A stretch of DNA of 64,000 nt from a virus. This document shows, piece by piece, positions 30,821-40,296 of this stretch. The translations under genes and the position numbers were made by a program. Under the pieces are notes generated by a model. It ran no database searches and had not been told where the DNA came from. It worked only from the letters and a program-made list of their open reading frames with translations. How positions within the stretch are numbered: position 1 is the first letter of the stretch; every line of letters begins with the position of its first letter. Location: the IMG/VR virus record IMGVR_UViG_3300013006_000018; one strand, 5' to 3'.

Positions 30821-31294
30821 TTATCCCAATGCGTTAGCTATATCTTCTGCTTCTTTTCCAGCTTCACCGCCACCAGCTGCTTTATTTGCTCTATTACGAA
30901 GTTCCATCTTCTTATACTTCTTTCCAAGTTCATTTTGAACTTGTTCGTCATCGATTTCAACAGAAAGAGCAATCGGAAAGTTCTCTACTTTTTCACCGTT
31001 CGGTAATTCCAATGTGGTGAGTTCGTATGTATCTCCGTCCATGTTAACTTTCTTTAAAGTACTATAATTTAACTTACCAACACCGATGGATGTAAGGTTC
31101 TTGATTGCATCCGCATACTTAGCCATGACGCGTTCCATATAAGGGTATTTACCACCATTGGCTTGTGCATTCTTAATGGCCTTCGTGGCAACTTCGCAAA
31201 AATAAAACTTACCACCTTGGTCCGCTTCGCTGCCCTCTGGTGCCGGGTCATTGTTTGCTTCCATTACCATGCTTACAAGATCATCGAATTTCAT
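30821..31294 (-). CDS. hypothetical protein, possible head-internal protein
   Basis: MKFDDLVSMVMEA N-terminus; TAAATA upstream. Confidence 0.65.
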   Translation of the reverse strand: MKFDDLVSMVMEANNDPAPEGSEADQGGKFYFCEVATKAIKNAQANGGKYPYMERVMAKYADAIKNLTSIGVGKLNYSTLKKVNMDGDTYELTTLELPNGEKVENFPIALSVEIDDEQVQNELGKKYKKMELRNRANKAAGGGEAGKEAEDIANALG

Positions 31295-31351
31295 ATGTAT
31301 ATATATTTATATTAAATTATAGTAATTTTCAATAAAAAACTAAATAATCAT

Positions 31352-31738
31352 ATGCTTTATGCCCGAACCATGTTTGCTTCTGTACGAGAATTGCAGAATA
31401 CCTCTAATGAACTAAAGCACTCCGTGACAATATATGCCCAAATTGTGCCAAAGAATAAGCTAACAAACGACCCTATACAGTTCGGTAATTATGATATGGT
31501 TAAATTAAACCCTTATCATCATTTTGAAAACGAGGTTGCTTTATCGCCTATACCGTTTTTTGTTTACGAAGAAAATGCTAAGTCGTTATATGATTCATTG
31601 AAAGAGCAATTACAAATAGCTTCGAAAGATGTTGCCACAGATAATTATCCAAATGTTAAGAAACTGCTTTCAGCTAGCATGAACAGCAATTCTAGGGTTA
31701 CAAATTATAGCATGGAAGGCATTCCTCGTTTTTATTAA
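31352..31738 (+). CDS. hypothetical late protein
   Basis: TAAATA-N5-ATG, 128 aa. Confidence 0.7.
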   Translation: MLYARTMFASVRELQNTSNELKHSVTIYAQIVPKNKLTNDPIQFGNYDMVKLNPYHHFENEVALSPIPFFVYEENAKSLYDSLKEQLQIASKDVATDNYPNVKKLLSASMNSNSRVTNYSMEGIPRFY

Positions 31739-31775
31739 ACTAGTATTTTAAAGCTCTTTCATATATAATAGATGA

Positions 31776-32315
31776 ATGAGCACGATCCTCGCCTCTTGTA
31801 TTGTTACGGGTATTCAGAAAAAGATATTTAAAAATTCAATAGACAAGAAAATTGCTAAATTTGGATCTATTGAAGCGTTTCAAGATCATTTTATTTGCCG
31901 TGAAGCAAAGAAACTTCTTAAAATTAAGGTATCTGCAGAAGAGGTACAAAGACGCCTTCTTCCAAAAGGAAAACAACCATTTAGTATAAACTATCAAGCT
32001 CTTGCTCGTCTTAAGCTTCTTAAGAAACCAAAAGGTAACCGTAAGAGATTAAGTGATGAAGAAATACGTGTTCAAGAAGAGCAGACTGTGATAAAAGAAA
32101 AAGAGTATTTTGAGTTTACCGAAAAACTTAATACCTGCAAGAAGACATGGATTGAGTGGGCTACAGGAGGGTCTAATAAATGTCAGGTTGCAAATGGAGG
32201 TACATGCATTCGACCAGACATCTACTATAACCGGGAATATGATAAATCAGGGCGTTGTTTTACCTGCCCTTACCACGAGCACTGTCTCTGCACGAACAAA
32301 GAAGTTAGAGCTTAA
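31776..32315 (+). CDS. hypothetical protein, paralogue of 18832..19158 with Cys-rich C-terminal extension
   Basis: CIVTG..SIE...HFICREA.KLL; C-terminal C..CPY..HC.C. Confidence 0.75.
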   Translation: MSTILASCIVTGIQKKIFKNSIDKKIAKFGSIEAFQDHFICREAKKLLKIKVSAEEVQRRLLPKGKQPFSINYQALARLKLLKKPKGNRKRLSDEEIRVQEEQTVIKEKEYFEFTEKLNTCKKTWIEWATGGSNKCQVANGGTCIRPDIYYNREYDKSGRCFTCPYHEHCLCTNKEVRA

Positions 32316-33421
32316 TAACCGTCGTAATTCTTTTTAAAGAGTGCCTCTTTCCGGGCGTACTCTACAATTTTTTCGTGTTCAAGTAGTTCCCGGGGCCGTC
32401 TTTCATGGCGGATAACATAGACAATTACTATATCACCAACTTCCATAAGGAAGGCTAGTAGTAAGCAAACAAGAGCTGTTACTTCAAGATGAAGTAATGC
32501 CTCAAACGATAAGCGAATAATATTATCTGAACCAGTTATTTCTACAGGTGTGTAATTCACTTTAACTTTCGAAGCTATTGTAGAAAGGAGGCCGTTTGCT
32601 TGAATAACAGACTGCTCTAATTCCCGAAATGTTTTTGCAGCATTGATACCCTTCTTAACTTCTTCAAGCTTGTTATCAATTAATTGATTTGCAGCTTTAA
32701 GAGTCTTTATTTCATCTTGTGTCTGTTCTTTAACTCTTTGTGATTCTCTATTGATGCTTTCTTTTGATGCCTTGGATTCAAGATCGTATGTACTTTGCAG
32801 TCTTCTTGCTTCTGACTGTAGTTCTTTTGTTCTGGGGCCATCGCCAGGTTTACCTGATAGATAATCTGCTCGAACACCGAGCTTTTCATCTATTACCTTT
32901 TGGTTGGCATCGTTTATATCTCTTAAGACATCTGTATGTTTTTTAGAATATTGCTCTTCAATAGATAGCATAGTGTCTCTTTCTTTTTCTTTAATTGTTT
33001 GCTCTTCCAGTTGAGATGCTTTTTTACTAGCAGCTTCAAATTCATTTAGCTTCTGTGATATGGTTAATTTGCTTATTTTGATAGAATCTTGTAATCCGGT
33101 TTCTGAATATAAGCCTGCAAAGTCAAATATAGTAGGTAGGAGACTAAGAAAAGCGCATAATATAGCAGCTTTACGAGGGAATTTATCTCTACCAAACAGT
33201 ATAATTTTAACGCAATAAGGTAGGCCAACAACACCGAGACTTGTTAATCCTACTAAAAACCAATTCCACGAAACGAGAATTAGACTTAATGCATGAAAGG
33301 CAAAACAGTAAGCTGCTGTGATTATGACCCAATAGACGATATCAATGGCTTGAGCTGATATTTTATGGGAAGTATCAAATCCAAATATAGTCTGGTAACG
33401 TTGTTTTATAGCTTCTATCAT
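32312..33421 (-). CDS. membrane protein with long coiled coil (DUF4407-like)
   Basis: Three N-terminal TMs, coiled coil with GKPGDGP, C-terminal TM. Confidence 0.65.
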   Translation of the reverse strand: MIEAIKQRYQTIFGFDTSHKISAQAIDIVYWVIITAAYCFAFHALSLILVSWNWFLVGLTSLGVVGLPYCVKIILFGRDKFPRKAAILCAFLSLLPTIFDFAGLYSETGLQDSIKISKLTISQKLNEFEAASKKASQLEEQTIKEKERDTMLSIEEQYSKKHTDVLRDINDANQKVIDEKLGVRADYLSGKPGDGPRTKELQSEARRLQSTYDLESKASKESINRESQRVKEQTQDEIKTLKAANQLIDNKLEEVKKGINAAKTFRELEQSVIQANGLLSTIASKVKVNYTPVEITGSDNIIRLSFEALLHLEVTALVCLLLAFLMEVGDIVIVYVIRHERRPRELLEHEKIVEYARKEALFKKNYDGY

Positions 33422-33432
33422 TCATATATTTA

Positions 33433-33630
33433 TTACTTACCCCACCAATTAGGCTTCTTATACTGAGGGTCTCCACTCTCAACCCACGGTACAGAACCTA
33501 GTACAGTTTGACCATCATAAGGACCGCTTTGATGAGCCGATTCCGGTGGTGGCGTGAACCCACTACCATGTGCGCATCCGCTCACGATAATGGCTGTTAT
33601 GATTAGAAGTATATAGTCTATCTTTTTCAT
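33433..33630 (-). CDS. small lipoprotein
   Basis: MKK..IIVSG-C; TTGACT-16-TATAAT-N6-ATG places the start at 33630. Confidence 0.65.
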   Translation of the reverse strand: MKKIDYILLIITAIIVSGCAHGSGFTPPPESAHQSGPYDGQTVLGSVPWVESGDPQYKKPNWWGK

Positions 33631-33684
33631 GACTATATTATAAATGAAATGCAAATATAGTCAAGCTATATAACTACTTGATAA

Positions 33685-33870
33685 TCAATTGTTTATATAG
33701 TTGTAGAAGTACTCGTAATTACCAGAGAGCAGTAAATCAATAGGGGCCTTATCCTTAAAAGCTCTATGCGGTGTGGACAACCATATATCCAGGCTAGTAT
33801 CAAATGCTTTTTCTTTAAGCTTATTGACAATAAGCTGCTGTTCGTAATTAAGCTTTGTACCTTCGATCAC
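33685..33870 (-). CDS. stand-alone Xre/MbcA/ParS-like antitoxin C-terminal (toxin-binding) domain
   Basis: WLSTPHRAFKDKAPIDLL matches the WL..P..AF.G..P.DLL pattern of DUF2384. Confidence 0.65.
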   Translation of the reverse strand: MIEGTKLNYEQQLIVNKLKEKAFDTSLDIWLSTPHRAFKDKAPIDLLLSGNYEYFYNYINN

Positions 33871-34091
33871 TTCTTTTTCTTAGGAGTCTTCTTCTTAGCA
33901 GCAGTCTTTTTCTTGACAGCTTTCTTTACGGGCTCGGGTTCTTCTTCAAAATAATCAAGATCGTCCTGGAATTTATCGCCAGAAATCTTGTCTTTAATTG
34001 TATATCCAATATCTCTAATCTTATCTCCGATGGAATAGTAAACGTCATAAGCCTTGAATACGATATCGTCAATTAGGTCTTTTATATTCAT
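33867..34091 (-). CDS. small protein with acidic patch and Lys-rich histone-like tail
   Basis: TAAATA-N5-ATG; ends [19 protein letters not shown]. Confidence 0.7.
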   Translation of the reverse strand: MNIKDLIDDIVFKAYDVYYSIGDKIRDIGYTIKDKISGDKFQDDLDYFEEEPEPVKKAVKKKTAAKKKTPKKKK

Positions 34092-34136
34092 ACAGTTATT
34101 TATATTGTATTCGTTTTTTTTCCCATAAATAGTATT

Positions 34137-34733
34137 ATGGGAGCCTATATCTTTAAGGTATGTAACAATACCGGTATTGAAAAACCAGGGCCTCCTAGAC
34201 CTTCTGCCACGCCGACCCCAACTGCAACTCCGACCTTAACGCCAACAAATACACAAACACCTTCTGTTACGCCGACTAATACTCTCACACCTTCTGTTAC
34301 TCCGACCAATACTCTTACACCCACATTCACACCTACCAGATCACCGACACCGACACAAACAATGACGCCTACCTCACCTTATACAACAGCTACAAGTACA
34401 CCCTCACATACACCTACAGCTACACCGAATCCTTTCCAATATACTATTATTGCAAACGATTCTCCTACACCAGATACATTAGAGGGTGTTTCAATATTCT
34501 CACCGCTTTATAAAGATCGGTTCTACTTTAGTGGAGCAGATCCAGGCATCATACCAGCTATTCCTCCAATGAGAATATATGTTAATGGTATCTATAGATG
34601 TCAAATTGACTTCTTGATCTTGCGTGGTGGTCAAGGCTTTGGCTTTAGTACAGAAGAATGGACTGGGCGGAATCCTCAATTCTTCGGTACCTTTGCAACA
34701 ACTAACCCAAATATAGTAAATTTCTTTACATGA
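34137..34733 (+). CDS. Thr/Pro-rich putative virion protein
   Basis: Late promoter, ~75-aa T/P tract, small C-terminal beta domain. Confidence 0.75.
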   Translation: MGAYIFKVCNNTGIEKPGPPRPSATPTPTATPTLTPTNTQTPSVTPTNTLTPSVTPTNTLTPTFTPTRSPTPTQTMTPTSPYTTATSTPSHTPTATPNPFQYTIIANDSPTPDTLEGVSIFSPLYKDRFYFSGADPGIIPAIPPMRIYVNGIYRCQIDFLILRGGQGFGFSTEEWTGRNPQFFGTFATTNPNIVNFFT

Positions 34734-35572
34734 ACAATATTTTTTCAGTATTACATGGTCAGAGTTTTAGAGTAAAAGCACAAAAAGGGGTTGTACCAGG
34801 TATTCCTCCTATTGCTTCTCCTACACCCACACAAACCTCTACACCTACAAACACCCCTACAAATACACCCACACCAACAAATACTCCTTCTCTAACACCT
34901 ACCATGACACAGACACCTACAATGGGTATAACACCTTCAATAACCCGTACACCGTCTAATACACCCACAATGACCCCCACAGGTACCCCCGGGGCAACAT
35001 TGACACCGACAGCTACACCACAAATCACTCCTTCAACTACACAAACACCGACAGCTACACCTGTTAATAAGACGACAATACCCTTCAAATATTTGATAGC
35101 CAGATATGCATGGAATAATACAGGTACAGACTTTGATATATTAAATGCAATTAATAATATTCCTGGAAATGCGAATAATTATGTCCCTGTTGGCTTCTGT
35201 CCGGCGAGGACGATTGTGGGTTCATTATCATGGGGTGGTGACGTTAAAGGCACCACGGGTAGTGAATATACAGCTCTCGACTATAATGCATTATCAGCCG
35301 TAGCATTGGCTGCAGGCGCTACGACATTCGATATGGGATTAACCGGTCAATGGTCTACTAACTTTACATCTGGTGCAATAAGTCTTGAAGTCACAACATA
35401 TTCAGGCGGTACTATCGTTAGGTCAGGTACTATTCTTTACGCGACCGGGCCTTTGCTACAAACATTTACCGTACAGAAGACTGTAACTGTTGCGGGTGAT
35501 TGTACTATAACACCAAGAGAATTTGGTAAAATAACATTCAACATAAATGATGGATCTGCTTATATACAATAA
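34730..35572 (+). CDS. Thr/Pro-rich putative virion protein
   Basis: ~80-aa T/P tract followed by a globular beta-rich domain. Confidence 0.75.
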   Translation: MNNIFSVLHGQSFRVKAQKGVVPGIPPIASPTPTQTSTPTNTPTNTPTPTNTPSLTPTMTQTPTMGITPSITRTPSNTPTMTPTGTPGATLTPTATPQITPSTTQTPTATPVNKTTIPFKYLIARYAWNNTGTDFDILNAINNIPGNANNYVPVGFCPARTIVGSLSWGGDVKGTTGSEYTALDYNALSAVALAAGATTFDMGLTGQWSTNFTSGAISLEVTTYSGGTIVRSGTILYATGPLLQTFTVQKTVTVAGDCTITPREFGKITFNINDGSAYIQ

Positions 35573-35611
35573 GTTTTTTTGTAAATAGTAACGGTTTAGA
35601 TAAATAATGTT

Positions 35612-37522
35612 ATGGCAAGTAATGCACGGTTTCATAATAAATGGCATAGAAGAAACCACCATTCTCAATCGTCTCCGGACTATCCAGATTCGGCAACAGA
35701 TCCAATTGCATCACCAGAAGAGCCTTTTATTGGTGATTTTGTAATTTCTGGTAATTTAAGCGCGTCAAAAAATCTATTCATCGATCAAGATGCTACCATA
35801 CAAGGTAGTTTATCCGTATTAGGCAACTTTACATATCTAGACACTATAGTATCTGTAACTAGCGCTCTTTCTGTTATTAATTCAGGAACAGGGCCAGCGT
35901 TAACCGTTGTACAAAACGGGCCACAACCTATTGCAAGATTCATCGATGGTGATGCATCCGGCGGCCAACGGTACGCCCTATACATTGATAATAACGGGTA
36001 TGTAACTATTAATGGTGATATACCTTATCAAAAGTTTGATCCAGTCTATGGTGCGGTTCGATCTGCGCAACTTGCAGTTTCCGGTAACATTCTAGCAGGT
36101 GGGAATATTCAATATGAAGCAAAGAAACAAAATTGTATTTATGTTAGTACTTCCGGTGTGGATACAAACTCAGGTTTAAATCCCTCGGTGCCCGTACGTA
36201 CAATTAAGAAAGCTGCTAAAGTTGCGTTTGATGTATACGGGCCAAATAAAAGTACTATTTTTGTAGAGACAGGTGATTACTCGGAACTGAATCCTATCTA
36301 TCTCACTCCAGGTACATCTCTCATTGGTGATAACATAAGACGTACAACCATTCGCCCGATAAATAAACAATACGATATTTTATGGTGTAATAATGCATGT
36401 TATGTATGGGGATTTACCTTTAGAGATCATTTAGCTCCATCAGCTGCAACAGCGTTTCCTATTTTAAATTCTACAAATCCTCAATATGTTGTTGCCTTCA
36501 ATACACCGGGTTATACAATTGATACAACACGTACAGGTCCCCCGTTCGGTTTACCTATAGTATCCAAACCTTTTATTAGTACTAGCCCTTATATACAAGG
36601 CTGCAGCTCAATTACAACAGGTACGAACGGTATCAGCGCAGGTTGCGGTATACGGGCAGACGGTGCCCTTGCTTCTGGTTATTTGAGAAGTTTTGTTACT
36701 GACTCATTCACACAATTTAATCAAGGTGGTATTGGTATACATATTCTTAATAACGGATACGCTCAACTAGTTAGTACCTTTACTATTTGTACTACAGAAG
36801 GTATCTTGTGTGAGACCGGCGGTCAATGCAGTATCAGTACATCAAACTGTTCGTTTGGTTTATCTGGCTTAGTAGCTCGTGGTAAGTCTTGGTACCCGGT
36901 ACTAACCGGTACACAGATAAATACAACCCCTCTAGGTGAAAATTATATCGATGTACAAGCAGTGACACCCCGTCCATTTAATATCAATCAAATAACGAAC
37001 CCCGCTTTGACTGCCATACCGGTTACAGAGCCTTACCCCGGTTTAATCATTAAAGTACAAGATGACCCGGCTAGTAATTATGACCCGTTATTAAATCCTA
37101 CCGGTAAAGCTATCTACCATAGTATCCGAAGTGTAAGTGCTGTTGATGTAAATGCATACAAATATAGAATTACATTTACTTCTAATGTTACAGCACCCTT
37201 AACAGCTTCTGCTTTAGAACCAAAATATGTAGAAATGTATCTAAGAAGTCAGATCGCTTCTGCATCTCATGCTTTTGAATATATTGGTACAGGCACTATT
37301 CTCGAGCAGGCGGTGCCTTCATTGGGAGGTGAGCCGGACAACAGTCTTGAAGCGGTTTTTGCTGACGACGGTATTGTTTATTATACAAGTACCAATGAGG
37401 CAGGTAATTTTAAGGTAGGTAATGGGTTTACTGTTGTACAGTCAATAGGCCGAATTCAAGGCAGAGCTTTCGATAGATCAATTTTAGCGTTAGTAACACC
37501 ATTGGTATTAGCATTGGAATAA
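35612..37522 (+). CDS. virion structural/fibre-associated protein with beta-helix (DUF1565-like start)
   Basis: IYVSTSGVDTNSGL..P.RTIKKAA..TIFVETGDYSE; GYAQLVSTFT; late promoter. Confidence 0.7.
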   Translation: MASNARFHNKWHRRNHHSQSSPDYPDSATDPIASPEEPFIGDFVISGNLSASKNLFIDQDATIQGSLSVLGNFTYLDTIVSVTSALSVINSGTGPALTVVQNGPQPIARFIDGDASGGQRYALYIDNNGYVTINGDIPYQKFDPVYGAVRSAQLAVSGNILAGGNIQYEAKKQNCIYVSTSGVDTNSGLNPSVPVRTIKKAAKVAFDVYGPNKSTIFVETGDYSELNPIYLTPGTSLIGDNIRRTTIRPINKQYDILWCNNACYVWGFTFRDHLAPSAATAFPILNSTNPQYVVAFNTPGYTIDTTRTGPPFGLPIVSKPFISTSPYIQGCSSITTGTNGISAGCGIRADGALASGYLRSFVTDSFTQFNQGGIGIHILNNGYAQLVSTFTICTTEGILCETGGQCSISTSNCSFGLSGLVARGKSWYPVLTGTQINTTPLGENYIDVQAVTPRPFNINQITNPALTAIPVTEPYPGLIIKVQDDPASNYDPLLNPTGKAIYHSIRSVSAVDVNAYKYRITFTSNVTAPLTASALEPKYVEMYLRSQIASASHAFEYIGTGTILEQAVPSLGGEPDNSLEAVFADDGIVYYTSTNEAGNFKVGNGFTVVQSIGRIQGRAFDRSILALVTPLVLALE

Positions 37523-37533
37523 TAAATAATAAT

Positions 37534-37896
37534 ATGGCTGATCTACCTCTTAATTATTTTGTTAGAAGAACATTAACTTTGTCACCTGTTACAACAGGAG
37601 CTTACACAGCTCCTTACGATAGAGCGTCAATTATATTAGCAGCTTATGCTTCTAATTATACAGCAGGTGACGTAACGGTCACGGTAGGTATCTCTGGTAA
37701 AGGGGGATCATTTGTACCTACAAGACCCTATTATGATCATATAAAGAACTTCACGATTCCTGCTTACGATACAGTTAACATTGCACCCAATCGCTTGTTA
37801 TTAGAACAATACGATGTAATCATAGCAAGCTGTAACAATGTAAATTCATGTAATTTAAATTTAAGTATTCTCGAGACTATTAATACGGCTTCATAG
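37534..37896 (+). CDS. small beta-sandwich structural protein
   Basis: YTAP...N.T....VTV...LSILE pattern of T4-like phage tail-associated proteins; late promoter. Confidence 0.6.
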   Translation: MADLPLNYFVRRTLTLSPVTTGAYTAPYDRASIILAAYASNYTAGDVTVTVGISGKGGSFVPTRPYYDHIKNFTIPAYDTVNIAPNRLLLEQYDVIIASCNNVNSCNLNLSILETINTAS

Positions 37897-37898
37897 TA

Positions 37899-38777
37899 AT
37901 GAATTACTCGTTTGAAACCATTAGCGGTAAAGTCCGTCTAAGAACCCCCATGCAATCGGATATCGATCCGGTGCGCTATAAGTTCTTAAATTTAATTAAC
38001 GCAGAACCTAATTTAGGTATACCAAAAGATCCAGGTACTGTAGGGGGAATGCGCTACATGCTACTCTCTAATACCTCTGATGGTCTTGCACCTTGGAGAG
38101 TATGGTCATATTTAAATCCGAAGATAGCTATAGATAGTATTCAGAATTCATTAGCTTTTGGGGATAATGCTACAATCAATAATGCGAATAGCTTTATTTT
38201 TAGCAATTACAAATATACAAATAATAATCCCTATAACAGTCAAACATTTAGTGATTATTCATACGGGATTTATTCTTTAAGCGGTATTTTTCTTTATAAT
38301 GCTACAACGATTGGTGATCCGGCTAGCGCCACATACTTTGTAGTTACGGAAACCGGGTTTGTTGGTATTAAAACAGATGCACCTGCTGTAGAGCTTACCG
38401 TTTCAGGTAGTGTGAGTGCCAATGGTAGTTTAACTATAAATGGAAATTCTACTTTAGGTAATAATGCATCCGACACAACAATTATACGAGGGACTACGAA
38501 AATTGCCGATAGTACATCTACAAATGGAATTTTATTTGGTTCAGGTGATACCTCTTATGATGTAAATTTATACAGGCATTCCGCAAATGTTATAAGAACA
38601 GACGATACATTAGTTTCTACGGCTCTGAGCTCTGTGGGAGGTTTATCTGGTGCAAGCGTAACACTAACTAATGCATATACAGTAGTACCTACATCAGTTG
38701 CTGATACAGGTGCATTTTTAATTATAACTGTTAATGGTAATTCAAAAGCTATCAGACTCTGGGATTATACTTTATGA
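37899..38777 (+). CDS. fibre-like structural protein
   Basis: YKFLNLINAEPNLG, GFVGIKT..P...LTVSG fibre repeat. Confidence 0.65.
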   Translation: MNYSFETISGKVRLRTPMQSDIDPVRYKFLNLINAEPNLGIPKDPGTVGGMRYMLLSNTSDGLAPWRVWSYLNPKIAIDSIQNSLAFGDNATINNANSFIFSNYKYTNNNPYNSQTFSDYSYGIYSLSGIFLYNATTIGDPASATYFVVTETGFVGIKTDAPAVELTVSGSVSANGSLTINGNSTLGNNASDTTIIRGTTKIADSTSTNGILFGSGDTSYDVNLYRHSANVIRTDDTLVSTALSSVGGLSGASVTLTNAYTVVPTSVADTGAFLIITVNGNSKAIRLWDYTL

Positions 38778-39724
38778 TAATTACAAACACACAAAATAAT
38801 TCCTTTACTCAACCCATAAGTACTGTTGGTGGTACAAGTACCAGCTGGAATAGTAACTATACCACCGTCAATACTCAATCAGCAGCTATTGCTTCAGTAT
38901 ATACCACCGTCAATGCTCAATCAGCAGCTAATGCTTCAGTATATACCACCGTCAATGCTCAATCAGCAGCTAATGCTTCAGTATATACCACCGTCAATGC
39001 TAATAGTGCTACATGGGGAAATACCGCTAATAATATATCTTCGCTATCAGGTAACGGTACATTTAATTTATACGCAAGAAATATAAATTTAGGGAACACA
39101 ACTAATTGGACCAGTGCGATAAGTATTCCAGGTAACATAAATGATTTAACCGGGGGTAGCCCTTGCATTGTCACTGATATTGTGTGTCTAATAGTAAGTA
39201 GATCATTAGGTCCAACATCTACTCCAACAACTGGTATCTTGTTTGTAACCCCTCCTAGTTTTTCATTAGAAAGTAACTCAGGTAATAGTTTTTGTAGTAG
39301 CCTTGGAATTGGTAATAGACCTTTTGCAGGCAATTATTACAGAACAGCTAACGGTGTGGGTTCTGCTAATAGCTCAGGTAAATACACATACAACGGGATT
39401 AGTGGAACTAGTGCTAGAGCACATAGCGCAACTTTACCAACTTTTCTTACTACCACACTTACAAGTGCGATTGATGCAATTGTCACCAATTTACCAGTGA
39501 ATGCTAATAACGCTTTTAGCGGTAACGATTTTCATATTAAAGTCGATAATGAAATCATGTATGTATCAGCTGGAGGTGGTAGCGCTGGTATGACGATTAT
39601 ACGGGGTCAGCTTGGTACAGTTGCAGCATCACATGCATTAGGTGCAACAGTGACAACCAACATTGCAACTAGTGATATATTACTGGCAGATATATGTTTT
39701 GTTATAAAGAGATTTAATAGTTAA
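38774..39724 (+). CDS. fibre-like protein with 14-aa coiled-coil repeats
   Basis: (SAANASVYTTVNAQ)n; C-terminal IKVDNEIM..RGQLGT.A.SH.GA module. Confidence 0.7.
   Translation: MIITNTQNNSFTQPISTVGGTSTSWNSNYTTVNTQSAAIASVYTTVNAQSAANASVYTTVNAQSAANASVYTTVNANSATWGNTANNISSLSGNGTFNLYARNINLGNTTNWTSAISIPGNINDLTGGSPCIVTDIVCLIVSRSLGPTSTPTTGILFVTPPSFSLESNSGNSFCSSLGIGNRPFAGNYYRTANGVGSANSSGKYTYNGISGTSARAHSATLPTFLTTTLTSAIDAIVTNLPVNANNAFSGNDFHIKVDNEIMYVSAGGGSAGMTIIRGQLGTVAASHALGATVTTNIATSDILLADICFVIKRFNS
38858..39001. repeat. 42-bp tandem repeat, ~3.4 copies
   Basis: Units TATACCACCGTCAAT(A/G)CTCAATCAGCAGCTA(T/A)TGCTTCAGTA at 38858, 38900, 38942, 38984. Confidence 0.92.
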
Positions 39725-39732
39725 TATCTACA

Positions 39733-40144
39733 TGGACCTGCTGGGAGTCGAACCCAGGTCTTGAATAATTTCATTTATAAGCACTACAAGTTTATTTTAG
39801 TTGATATTTCATAAGGATTAAACTAAGCGAAAAGCCCTTACTCATAACAATTTTATACGTATAAACTATTAATTGTTATAACCCAATTTATACGAAGGTT
39901 AGTAACACGCTCCATCTTACAAACCTTAATCTACAATGGAACGCTCAAGTTAGTTAAACTAACTCAAGGGTGGCTTCTGAGTCTTCAAAGCCAGCTACTG
40001 CAAGGATTGCATCAGCTTCTTCTAGACTCATGGCCATGTCGAATGTTTCATCGGCATTTAATGTTGTTTTGCTATTGGTAAACCGGCATGCCCCGGTACT
40101 TGCTCTCATGAACTCCACTGTTCAATCGATTCCAATTCAGGCCC
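39733..40144 (-). ncRNA. ssrA: tmRNA
   Basis: 5' GGGCCTGAATTGGAATCGA, 3' GACCTGGGTTCGACTCCCAGCAGGTCCA with G3:U70; TAAAT-GCC resume site; tag ORF 40055..39954. Confidence 0.92.
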
Positions 40145-40145
40145 A

Positions 40146-40157
40146 TTTCAAAGAACT
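40146..40157 (-). promoter_or_regulatory. boxA-like antitermination element before the tmRNA (second copy TGTTCTTTAAAA at 42074..42085)
   Basis: AGTTCTTTGAAA downstream of TTGATA-17-TATAAT, just before ssrA. Confidence 0.5.
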
Positions 40158-40207
40158 GCACTGCTTCACACCCATACATTATAATATGAGGATATAATGA
40201 TATCAAC

Positions 40208-40281
40208 TAGCGGGGGCAGGATTTGAACCTGCGACCTTCTGGTTATGAGCCAGCTGAGCTACCGGACTGCTCCACCCCGCA
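40208..40281 (-). tRNA. initiator-type tRNA-fMet(CAU)
   Basis: TGCGGGG/CCCCGCT with unpaired 1:72, A11:U24, CTCATAA loop. Confidence 0.88.
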
Positions 40282-40296
40282 AGTAAGAGTATAATA

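Noticed and set aside
38858-39001. Possible CRISPR array (also the 21-bp repeats at 44640-44930 and the 21-mer at 26555)
   Set aside because: The repeats are contiguous in-frame coding units or lack unique 30-40-bp spacers. No cas operon is present; the Cas4-like gene is a typical stand-alone phage nuclease.
39970-40197. 75-aa plus-strand ORF
   Set aside because: Antisense to the tmRNA and its tag frame.
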